Source of the DNA: a virus
Taxonomy: Duplodnaviria; Heunggongvirae; Uroviricota; Caudoviricetes
DNA: 64,000 bases
Virus record (IMG/VR): IMGVR_UViG_3300021387_000074
Direction: 5' to 3' (one strand)
Shown here: one piece after another, positions 6,636 through 15,296 of the stretch
How the letters are laid out: every line of letters begins with the position of its first letter
Position numbering within the stretch: the stretch's first letter is position 1
The notes under the pieces: generated by a model
Databases searched by the model: none
Seen by the model: the letters and a program-made list of their open reading frames with translations, nothing else
What the model was told of the DNA's origin: nothing
Program-made: the position numbers and the translations under genes

Positions 6636-9452
6636 ATGAAAAGTTTTAAAGATTTTGTTTTAACCGAAGATACAAACAAGCAAACATTCTTAGACAAATA
6701 TAAAGAAGACGCAGATAAGGCGATTAATGCCGTTAAACGCTTGCTCGCAAAAGCAAAAAAGGAAAACCTTAAAGATGTAGAAGACGCTTGTAATAATGTT
6801 CTAAATGCTGCTTCTGTTGTAACTGAAGATGACGAAGTAGACGGAAATAACGCTCTTGATACAGATACAGATACAGATACTACAGAAGAAAAAAGCCCAG
6901 AAGCAGAAGCTATTGAAAAGAAACTAAAAGAACTAGACGCTGTTGTTGCTAAACATGGCATTGATATCAATAAAATGTTTATGGACGCTTCTGAAATAGA
7001 GCAGGGTGATATCGCAGATCAGGTTATTACTTTTTTAAAAAAACTTGGTGCCGACAAAAATGTAATAATTGGTGCTAGTAATTCAATGCTAAAGTTCTTA
7101 AATAACGCCGACACAAACAAAGACAGAGTTTTTTCACCAGAAGAAATAAGAGAATTTGTTTCTGCAAAAGATAAAGCAAACTTGGCTGGCTCTGGAAAAG
7201 TAGACGAAACAGTTGCTAGAGTTTTACCATTTGTTTTATTTATTTTATGGGTAAACACAACAGCGCCAGATGTATTGCAGAAAGTAAGCGAAAAAACACA
7301 TGGTAGAGCACAAGGCGAAGGTGTTTCAGAAAACTTCAACTCTATAATTAAAGCTGTGTCAGACAAAAGACTGAAATTAGACATCAAAAACGAGCCATTT
7401 AAAATCTTAGGAAATAAATTTGTAAATGACATGCTTTCTGAAGACAAGTACAATGAGCTTGTAGATAAGTTGAATAACATAGCAAAAGAGATGAAAAAGC
7501 CTATCAAAAACCCTACTGAAAAGCCTACTTCACCAAGCAAGAATGAAACTAGCTCTCCAACAAACACTCAGTCTCAAGAAACTCCAAATAAGGCTAATGA
7601 AACAGAAACTCCTTCCAGTAATCAAGAAGAAACTTCTGAGACTCCTAAAACTTCTCCTGAAGGAGCTAATACCGAAGACGAAGAAGAAGTAAGAAACAGC
7701 ACTAAGGATTTAATTACAAGTCTTACAAGAGATTCAAAGAAAGAAGAAGTAAACGCTGCTATAGAAAAAGTATTCGGAACCGCCACAGATGCAAACGAAG
7801 ACAGTGATGCAAACAGAGGTACTGTATTTGCAAACTTAGTAGATGCTATAGAAAAAGCAAAGAAGAATAATCAATCTCTTTATGACGTTTCTCACACTAA
7901 AAAGAATGAAGACGAAGCTGAAGAAAAGCCAGAAGTACAAACAGAAGATTTCTTCTTTGATTGTGCAGATAACAAGCTTATAAATGAAACACTTGTTGGA
8001 AGAAAAATTGGTGCGGCTCTTGGTAGAGTAAATATAGGCAACAACGAGAGAAATACAAACTCTTGGAATAAATGTTTAATCGACCTTAGAAAGAAACAAG
8101 TTGCAACATTAAATAAAGCAAAAACAATTATGGCTAAAATGTTTGACAATATCAACTCTGTTTCTAAGAAAGGCAATCTTTTGGTAGACCTTAAAAAACT
8201 TGACTCTAACTATAAGTCAAGCATGACAGCCATTTTTATAGATTACAGAAAAGCAAACAGTTATAATGGCATTGGTGCTATGGCACACGACTTAAGAGTT
8301 GCTGGCTTAAAAGGTGCTAAAAAAGCAAAAGAGGCTGAAGAAAACTCAAAGTTTGGTCAAGAGTCTAAAATTATAAACCAGAACATAGAAAACAAAATTG
8401 AAAGCATAAACGCTCAGAGTTTGGACAAATATATCCAGGAAGATCTTAGAGATGTTTTTGCGTATGCTGTTTTAAATCAAAGCAATCCTATGGTTTTACA
8501 AGAGCCAGACGTTGACAGTGATACTGGAAAAATGACTGTTATAAAGTCAGCCTTTAATGCTGTAGCAAACAACAACGAAGTGTTTGGCGTTGGAAATGAA
8601 AGAGAACTTATGGTATTCCTTGGTAAGCTTTTGGAGAAATCTAAAGAAGATCAGGAAATTGGAAGATGGCTTGCTAACTATAAAGGTGTGTATGATAAAA
8701 AGAAGCTTATGAAACCAATCAGAAATGTAATTTTTGATCTTAACAAGGTTTCTGGTTCTATATCTAAGAAGTTATCTAATTCACCAGACCCTTATGCAGA
8801 TATTTGTTCTGCTCTTGGTTTAACACAAGAAAACTTGCACGAATGTGTTAAATCATTTAAGGAATATTATTTACTTACAGAACAATTATTTAAGAGAAAC
8901 CCTAAGCCACAGCAATCAGCTACATTCACTGATGAAGAGAAAAAATCTCTTGCAACATTGTGTTTGCTTGCAGCAGTTGGAAAGCCAAATGATCAAAAAC
9001 TTTCAGCTTTGAAGACACCTGCAGCATCAATTGTTTTAAGTAAAATAGGTAGGGATGAGGCAATTTCTCAACACTTAACTATAGATGACATAATCAAATC
9101 TGCTCAAAAGTTTGTTGAAGAAAATAGCGACAAGGTAAACAAGGCTGCTCAGGGACTTATGACTCTTATCAACAAAGAGCCACAACCACAACCACAGCCA
9201 ACAGAGCAACCAACAACACAACCACAGCAACAACAGCCTGCCGCTGGTCAAAATGGACAAACTAATGTAAACGACATATCGGCTCAAAACGACGACTCTG
9301 AAACTGGCGGAACAGATTATCACTATGCTGATGGTGAATCGGTTGTTACAACTCCACAAGCAACAGTAACAACTGGCGCGGTTGGCGGATACACAATCCC
9401 AGATAGGCTGACAAAACAACTAATAAGAAGAAGAATTAAATCATTTGTATAA
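6636..9452 (+). CDS. Large hypothetical protein, probable internal head protein
   Basis: N-terminus MKSFKDFVLTE resembles T4 capsid-targeting sequences; low-complexity P/T/E/S and P/Q linkers; late motif upstream. Confidence 0.6.
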   Translation: MKSFKDFVLTEDTNKQTFLDKYKEDADKAINAVKRLLAKAKKENLKDVEDACNNVLNAASVVTEDDEVDGNNALDTDTDTDTTEEKSPEAEAIEKKLKELDAVVAKHGIDINKMFMDASEIEQGDIADQVITFLKKLGADKNVIIGASNSMLKFLNNADTNKDRVFSPEEIREFVSAKDKANLAGSGKVDETVARVLPFVLFILWVNTTAPDVLQKVSEKTHGRAQGEGVSENFNSIIKAVSDKRLKLDIKNEPFKILGNKFVNDMLSEDKYNELVDKLNNIAKEMKKPIKNPTEKPTSPSKNETSSPTNTQSQETPNKANETETPSSNQEETSETPKTSPEGANTEDEEEVRNSTKDLITSLTRDSKKEEVNAAIEKVFGTATDANEDSDANRGTVFANLVDAIEKAKKNNQSLYDVSHTKKNEDEAEEKPEVQTEDFFFDCADNKLINETLVGRKIGAALGRVNIGNNERNTNSWNKCLIDLRKKQVATLNKAKTIMAKMFDNINSVSKKGNLLVDLKKLDSNYKSSMTAIFIDYRKANSYNGIGAMAHDLRVAGLKGAKKAKEAEENSKFGQESKIINQNIENKIESINAQSLDKYIQEDLRDVFAYAVLNQSNPMVLQEPDVDSDTGKMTVIKSAFNAVANNNEVFGVGNERELMVFLGKLLEKSKEDQEIGRWLANYKGVYDKKKLMKPIRNVIFDLNKVSGSISKKLSNSPDPYADICSALGLTQENLHECVKSFKEYYLLTEQLFKRNPKPQQSATFTDEEKKSLATLCLLAAVGKPNDQKLSALKTPAASIVLSKIGRDEAISQHLTIDDIIKSAQKFVEENSDKVNKAAQGLMTLINKEPQPQPQPTEQPTTQPQQQQPAAGQNGQTNVNDISAQNDDSETGGTDYHYADGESVVTTPQATVTTGAVGGYTIPDRLTKQLIRRRIKSFV

Positions 9453-9481
9453 AAAATAAGCCACCCATTTGGGTGGCTTTT
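9451..9481. terminator. Bidirectional terminator between convergent genes
   Basis: AAGCCACCCA/TGGGTGGCTT flanked by A and T runs. Confidence 0.85.
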
Positions 9482-9508
9482 ATTATGCGTGGGTGATTTC
9501 ATTACATC

Positions 9509-11674
9509 TTATTTCATTGTTGTAAATCCATTTTCATCTGCTTTTATTTCTATAACTTCCTGAATATTTTCCTTAACTGTTGGATTATGGCTAACTACAT
9601 AAACTCTAGCGTCTTCTGCAACATCTTCAAGAATTGATATCGCTGCTTTTATACCAAATTCATCCAAACCGTTATCAAGCAATTCATCTACTATTAACAA
9701 TCCAGACTGATTAGAGAAGAATACTCTACTCAAACCAAATAAAGCAAAAGCTGCTGCTATTTCCATTCTTGTTTTCTGTCCGCGACTCAACGAAGCAAAT
9801 GTTATCTTCTCCCCATCGCACTTTATTGTTTCTACCAAATCTTTGTCAAATTCTACTTCCATTTTTCTATCATTAAAGAAGAAAGGAAGATATTGATTAA
9901 TTTTCTCGTTGAAAACTGGAATCATTTCGCCAATAAAGAACTTTTTGAAACCATTCGATTTGTTAGAACAACATTCCTTAAGATACTCATAGTGCCTCTT
10001 TTCATATTCAATTTCTTCTAAGCTCTTTTTTGTTTCCTCTGTTTTTGACTTAAGTGCTTCGATATCTTCTTTAAGTTTTTCAACATAATCTTTGTTGTAA
10101 ACAGATTTAACACTTCCATTAACTGCAGTAATAATCAAATTGTTATCTGTTTTAATTTTTGCAAGTTCTGCCAGCTTATCGCCGATAGAATCAATATACT
10201 CTTCTGTATACTTAGGAAGATCAAGTTTAGACTTCTTCTCTTTAAGTTCTGTAATTTCAACAAGAAGTTCAGCCTGTTTTTTACAATTTTCTTCGTATGT
10301 TTTATCAAACTCAGCTTTGTGTTTTAAAGCATTCAAATACTTCTCGCGAACAACATCAGAGTTAGAAACAAAGTTCTTATCAAGATTTTCTCTAATCATA
10401 TTTACATCAGCAAGGAGAGTATCATAAGTATCCTTAAACTCTGTAAGGTTTACCTTTTCTTCCTCGAGCTGTTTATCAAAATCTTTAATATCTTCTTCAA
10501 GCTCTTTAATTTTCTTTTCAATAATCTCTCTTTTTCTAGCAGTTTCTTCTGCGTCCATTGGATTCCCACAGTATGGACAAATTGCCTCTTTTACTTTTGT
10601 CATATCTTCGTTCTGCTTTTTAAGTTCTTTTTCCGAAGCTTCTTTCTTAGATTTTAAGTTTCTTACTTTTTCCATTGAACTATCAAGCTGAACTTTTGAT
10701 TTTTCAATTCCACTTTCTCTTATTTTGATTGTTTCAAGATCTGCTTTATACTTTTCTTCTTTCTTCTTGTTTTCATCAAAATCAAAATCACCATACTTAA
10801 CCAGCAATTCTGATTCTTCTTCTGGGAAAGTATTTATAGAGTTCAGTTCGTCATGAAGCTTTTTCTTTTCTTTAATTTGTTTTTCATACTCTTCATTCAA
10901 AGTAGTATTAGAAAGCTTTGCTTTTTCAGCAGCGACATCTATGAATTCAAGTTCTTTTTCTTCAGCTTCAGCTTCTTCTATTTTCTTCTGAGCTTCTTCT
11001 TTTTGCTGCTTTAACTCAAGCAATTTTTCTTTTGCCTGCTTATTATAATTATCAAGGTTTTCTTGAGCAGATTCTTCTTTCGCTTTGCTTTCTGTATATC
11101 TAACCCTGGCCTCTTCTTCGCCTTTTTCTAACTCTTTTATAATTTTCTTTGCTTCTTCATAGAAATAAGAAATCTCTTTCAAACTTAAAATATTTTCAAA
11201 TATAGTAAGTCTATCTGTGTTATTTGCTTTAAAAAAGTCAGCATAAAATTCTGAAGAAAACACTGTAGAGTTTACAAAAGCAACATACGGCATTCCGAAA
11301 TACTCTACTATTTCTTCGTTTGTATCGGCAATGTTTTTACAAGAGATATCTTTATCGCCCTTAAACAGATAAACCTTATCTTTGTGGGTTGTGTGTGCGC
11401 GATATCTTAAAACTTTATAAACTTCGTCATCGTCGCCAACAAACTCTACAGAAACCTTACAATCTTTTCCAATCTTTCTGTTAACAACGTCTGCTACTTT
11501 TTCCTGTCTTGTTTTACCATAAAGAGCAAACAACATTGCTTCTATAATTGTAGACTTACCAACACCATTCTTTCCAGAAATATTTGTAATCCCATTTCCA
11601 GACAAATCAATTACTGTTTCTTGAGGACCATAACTGAAAAAGTTTTTAATACTTACAGATTTTATATATTTCAT
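9509..11674 (-). CDS. Rad50/SbcC-like recombination ATPase (T4 gp46-like)
   Basis: Walker A GKNGVGKS, coiled coil with CPYC zinc hook, signature LSRGQ, Walker B LLIVDE, H-loop VSH. Confidence 0.95.
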   Translation of the reverse strand: MKYIKSVSIKNFFSYGPQETVIDLSGNGITNISGKNGVGKSTIIEAMLFALYGKTRQEKVADVVNRKIGKDCKVSVEFVGDDDEVYKVLRYRAHTTHKDKVYLFKGDKDISCKNIADTNEEIVEYFGMPYVAFVNSTVFSSEFYADFFKANNTDRLTIFENILSLKEISYFYEEAKKIIKELEKGEEEARVRYTESKAKEESAQENLDNYNKQAKEKLLELKQQKEEAQKKIEEAEAEEKELEFIDVAAEKAKLSNTTLNEEYEKQIKEKKKLHDELNSINTFPEEESELLVKYGDFDFDENKKKEEKYKADLETIKIRESGIEKSKVQLDSSMEKVRNLKSKKEASEKELKKQNEDMTKVKEAICPYCGNPMDAEETARKREIIEKKIKELEEDIKDFDKQLEEEKVNLTEFKDTYDTLLADVNMIRENLDKNFVSNSDVVREKYLNALKHKAEFDKTYEENCKKQAELLVEITELKEKKSKLDLPKYTEEYIDSIGDKLAELAKIKTDNNLIITAVNGSVKSVYNKDYVEKLKEDIEALKSKTEETKKSLEEIEYEKRHYEYLKECCSNKSNGFKKFFIGEMIPVFNEKINQYLPFFFNDRKMEVEFDKDLVETIKCDGEKITFASLSRGQKTRMEIAAAFALFGLSRVFFSNQSGLLIVDELLDNGLDEFGIKAAISILEDVAEDARVYVVSHNPTVKENIQEVIEIKADENGFTTMK

Positions 11675-11677
11675 TTA

Positions 11678-12670
11678 TTACCCCTTCTTTACTCTCTTCA
11701 AAACTTCTTTAAAGCAACTAAGAAGTTTTTCATTATTTATATCAGACTTCTTTGTTTCTTTCAAGTATTTTACCATACTCACTGCAACACCTTCATTTGC
11801 ATCAATTTTTGAACGAATGGAAGTATCTGCTGTTTCGTTTTTTACAAATTTTGCATTAACTTCTACCGCGCCTTTTGATATCATTATATCACGAAGCTTT
11901 ACAAAGTTCTCTATTTTAGAATCAATAACAACATCGACAATGTTATTATTATAATCTATCGAACTATCAGTTAAAGCGTCAGATAAACTAACTTCTAAAT
12001 AATCTGGAGCATCTTTATATTCAACTAGTTCATAATCTGTTCCGTCAATAACGCAGAAATAATGTTCATGTTTTGAAGCTTCATCTCTTCTAGTTGCATA
12101 CTGAGAACCAGGGAAAACAATATTTCTTTTTTCTTGCTTTTTATGTAGATGCCCACTTACAACTAAGTCATAATGATCAAAACTGTCTTCTGTAAATGTT
12201 TTATCTTCACATTTTTTCTTTGGATTAAAATAAAAACCATCTACTTCCAAGTGTGTAATCAAAACTTGTCCTTTGTTTGGTAAGTCGGCTGGGTTCTGAG
12301 TATATGATAAGAAATCATAATCCACACCACCAATATTAATTGTTTCTGATTTTTTAATAAAATGTGCAAAAGATTTGAAAGCTTCGGCTAGACAATCGTT
12401 ATCATTGTTCATAGAATCGTGATTACCAACAATAATCAAAAGTTCTATACCACTTTCTTTAATTTCGAGAAGTTTATTAAAAAACGGAATAAACATTTGG
12501 TTTTTAATACTGTTAGAAGTATCGAACAAATCCCCGCCAACTACTATATGTTTTATTTGATTTGCTAAACAGTATTTCTTTAAATAGTCTAAGAAATTAA
12601 GACATTCTGTGAGTCTTAATAAGTCTTTGTTGATATGTAAATCACAACAAAATGCTATTTTTTCTGCCAT
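11678..12670 (-). CDS. Mre11/SbcD-like nuclease (T4 gp47-like)
   Basis: DLH, GGDLFD, GNHD, TH, SGHLH metallophosphoesterase motifs; start moved to the ATG at 12670, which has SD AAGGAG. Confidence 0.93.
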   Translation of the reverse strand: MAEKIAFCCDLHINKDLLRLTECLNFLDYLKKYCLANQIKHIVVGGDLFDTSNSIKNQMFIPFFNKLLEIKESGIELLIIVGNHDSMNNDNDCLAEAFKSFAHFIKKSETINIGGVDYDFLSYTQNPADLPNKGQVLITHLEVDGFYFNPKKKCEDKTFTEDSFDHYDLVVSGHLHKKQEKRNIVFPGSQYATRRDEASKHEHYFCVIDGTDYELVEYKDAPDYLEVSLSDALTDSSIDYNNNIVDVVIDSKIENFVKLRDIMISKGAVEVNAKFVKNETADTSIRSKIDANEGVAVSMVKYLKETKKSDINNEKLLSCFKEVLKRVKKG

Positions 12671-12708
12671 ACTTTCTCCTTTACGAAAAAAAGCATAACT
12701 CCGAAGCA

Positions 12709-13218
12709 TTAATCTGTCAAGAAAGTTAAACTTCCTTCTGGTACAATATCCCAAAGAGAATACTGTTCTATTTCTTTCTTAGATACTTTAGCCTTTTGTC
12801 TTTTACAGTTTATTATAAAATCTGGTTTTAAATTTTTCAATGTCCAACACTTCTTAAATTCGTTATCCCAATATTTATTAAATGTATAACATCTTCTAGG
12901 TATATGGAAAGTAACACCCCATACTTCCCCATAGTTATCAAATGTCATACCTTCTTTGAATTCTGACTGTAAGTGATTTTTTAAGTCTTCTTTGGAAAAG
13001 CCTAGTATTTCAGACCATCTAAATGGCCCATCATATTTTAAGCAATAACGAACATTTTGTTTGATATTCTTATCTATGCTTGAGACTTTATTCTTTTTTT
13101 TCTTTCTTGATAGGCAGGCTTTACAAATAGATTTATGTCCATCTTTTTTGCTTTTGTCTTTATGAAACTCGCTTAAATCCTTTTCCTGCCCACATCTTTT
13201 GCATCTTTTCTTTTCCAT
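12709..13218 (-). CDS. HNH-endonuclease-like zinc-finger protein, apparently degenerate
   Basis: CKRC...CKAC finger; HLQSEFKEGMTFDNYGEVW...CWTLKNLKP resembles a phage HNH family but lacks the usual DH and N residues; start taken at MEKKRC. Confidence 0.55.
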   Translation of the reverse strand: MEKKRCKRCGQEKDLSEFHKDKSKKDGHKSICKACLSRKKKKNKVSSIDKNIKQNVRYCLKYDGPFRWSEILGFSKEDLKNHLQSEFKEGMTFDNYGEVWGVTFHIPRRCYTFNKYWDNEFKKCWTLKNLKPDFIINCKRQKAKVSKKEIEQYSLWDIVPEGSLTFLTD

Positions 13219-13219
13219 C

Positions 13220-14029
13220 TTAGCTATAATAATTAACCAATTGGTCAATTATTTCATTTGTAAATTTAGGGAACTTAATTTTAAGCTCTGCTCTAAATTT
13301 CTCCTCGTTTGTTATTACCGTTTCTTCTATTTCTTTTTTTAGATTTCTGTATTTTTGGGCGGTTAATTCTACGATTTCGTCGGCACCTTTTTTTATTCTA
13401 TTGCCATACTTTTCATCGATTTCATCAATTATGTCTTTTCTTAAATATTGGATTTTATCTTCAAAAACTAACTTTGAGAGTAAGTAGCAATTTTCACCAA
13501 TTGCTTTAATTTCTGCTTCTGTTTTATCTTCAAAATGGTCAGCTCTGATTGCGCTGCAAATTTGATCTTTTAATGTTTCTTTAACTAAATCTACTAAGAA
13601 ACCATAAATAGTGATTTGATAGTTATCTTCTTGTGTTAGCTCTTCTTTTTTCTTTTTAAGAATATTACCATAGTCTAATTTTGCGATACCTACGCCACTT
13701 TCTATTCTTGAAGTAGCATATCTGACACAGTTATTAATTACTTCGTTTGTTTTTCTTTCTATTCCTTTGGACACTTCGTTCTTCCAGCTAATAATAGAAC
13801 TACTTAACAAAGCAGCATCTCTTATAATATCTGCTTCAAATTCTTCTCTGCTTTTTACTTCTTTTTTTCCAAGCTTGAGTTTTAAACCTTCTTTTCCAGC
13901 TTCTGCTTCTACGCCATTACCGTTCTTCGCTGCTTTTATTAACAATATTATAACTGGAATCGCTATAGCTACGAATACTCCTATTACGATAATAGCTATA
14001 ATTGGATGTCCATCAAAAAAATTCCACAT
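13220..14029 (-). CDS. Single-pass membrane protein (holin-like candidate)
   Basis: N-terminal hydrophobic helix IIAIIVIGVFVAIAIPVIILLI then soluble domain; ATG at 14029 follows SD GAGG. Confidence 0.6.
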   Translation of the reverse strand: MWNFFDGHPIIAIIVIGVFVAIAIPVIILLIKAAKNGNGVEAEAGKEGLKLKLGKKEVKSREEFEADIIRDAALLSSSIISWKNEVSKGIERKTNEVINNCVRYATSRIESGVGIAKLDYGNILKKKKEELTQEDNYQITIYGFLVDLVKETLKDQICSAIRADHFEDKTEAEIKAIGENCYLLSKLVFEDKIQYLRKDIIDEIDEKYGNRIKKGADEIVELTAQKYRNLKKEIEETVITNEEKFRAELKIKFPKFTNEIIDQLVNYYS

Positions 14030-14045
14030 TTTCAACCTCTACTAA

Positions 14046-14053
14046 ATTAACTT
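14046..14053 (-). promoter_or_regulatory. Putative late promoter AAGTTAAT
   Basis: Exact motif between a terminator and the membrane-protein gene. Confidence 0.6.
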
Positions 14054-14067
14054 AGTTGAAGTATAAT

Positions 14068-14091
14068 AAAAAAGGCTAGCAAACGCTAGCC
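14068..14091 (-). terminator. Intrinsic terminator of Hsp20 gene
   Basis: GGCTAGC/GCTAGCC stem with T6 on the minus strand. Confidence 0.85.
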
Positions 14092-14098
14092 CTAAACT

Positions 14099-14542
14099 TT
14101 ATTTAATTTCTACTTTTTTTATTTTATTTTCTAGTTTTTTTTCTCTTGCAGGAACGGATATTACAAGAATACCATCTTTGAATTCTGCATTTGCTTTTTC
14201 GAAATCGAATTTATCTTCTGGTATAAAATACTTATAAGAAAATTCTATATCTTTAAAAGTATCTACCAAAATCTTTGCTTTTGGTTTTGGTTTAAAAGCT
14301 TCTTCAGCTTCCCCTCTTTTTCTCTTACCGTAGTCTTTTGTAGTAGAAAGAATTAAACAGTCTTTTCCAAAAGAAATATCCAAGTCTTCTTTTGAATAAC
14401 CTGCCAAAGCAAACTTAAAAGTAACTTTGTTGTCTCTCTTAATTACTTTTAATGGCGGGAACGAAGGTACTGAATACTTAGTACCAGTAAAGAATGAATC
14501 GTCGAACAATTTCGACATCTCATCAAACAAATCATTAAACAT
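14099..14542 (-). CDS. Small heat shock protein (Hsp20/alpha-crystallin)
   Basis: SFPP..., FALAGYSKEDLDI, ANAEFKDGILVISVP, terminal VEI motif. Confidence 0.92.
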   Translation of the reverse strand: MFNDLFDEMSKLFDDSFFTGTKYSVPSFPPLKVIKRDNKVTFKFALAGYSKEDLDISFGKDCLILSTTKDYGKRKRGEAEEAFKPKPKAKILVDTFKDIEFSYKYFIPEDKFDFEKANAEFKDGILVISVPAREKKLENKIKKVEIK

Positions 14543-14579
14543 ATATATCTCCTTGCCTAATCCCTGACTTTACAGGCAA

Positions 14580-15296
14580 TCAGGACTTAAATTTCAGAAA
14601 CATCCCTACTGTTTTATCAAAATTAACTTTCTTTTTCCAGCTTTCATCTTTAGACATAACACTTATGGCACCCGCTATTGTTGCTATATAAACTGGTTTA
14701 ACTCCGACATAAACAGTATTATTTATTTTACTATATTTATATTCAAACATAGAAACAGAATCCATTTTTAAGTGTTTTCTTGATACATCTTCAACTATCC
14801 CGAAAATATTCTTTCTGAGTTCTGGATACTGCTTTAGTTTTCTTCTAAACCTTTCAGCGATATACTTACCATACTCAAACTCATTGCCATAAACAAGCAT
14901 CATATATGGTAATTGCCTACCAAGTTTGTAAGTTTTTGACATTCCAAGGGTAGCAAAAGTTGTATAATTTTTCAACCCATCTTCTAGCCAGCTATCTATA
15001 TCAAACACAAACTTTGAAATCTGGTTGTTAAAATCAACAAGTTTTATATACTTTCTATCCTGCGGTTTTATCCAGGCGTTTAACTTCTGTTTTAACACAT
15101 TCTGGTCTACTTTTAAATCACCAGTATGTGGCAAATTATTAAAACACATATTGTTAAAAGTAAAGATGTAAGTATCGCTCTGAATTCTTGAGCTAACAAT
15201 TAGAGGATTTATAGAAAAATCTGTAACTGGCTTACTCGAAACACCATCTAGCCTTCCTTGTAAGCCTTTAAGTGGATACAAGTTATCAGGAATCAT
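14580..15296 (-). CDS. Hypothetical protein
   Basis: 238-aa ORF translationally coupled to the upstream gene (TAATG overlap). Confidence 0.8.
   Translation of the reverse strand: MIPDNLYPLKGLQGRLDGVSSKPVTDFSINPLIVSSRIQSDTYIFTFNNMCFNNLPHTGDLKVDQNVLKQKLNAWIKPQDRKYIKLVDFNNQISKFVFDIDSWLEDGLKNYTTFATLGMSKTYKLGRQLPYMMLVYGNEFEYGKYIAERFRRKLKQYPELRKNIFGIVEDVSRKHLKMDSVSMFEYKYSKINNTVYVGVKPVYIATIAGAISVMSKDESWKKKVNFDKTVGMFLKFKS

Noticed and set aside
6858-6880. GATACA tandem repeat (and the P/Q repeat near 9180-9240)
   Set aside because: In-frame low-complexity linkers with no sign of phase variation
14055-14067. TATAAT on the + strand as an antisense promoter
   Set aside because: No -35 at the right spacing; it abuts a terminator A-run
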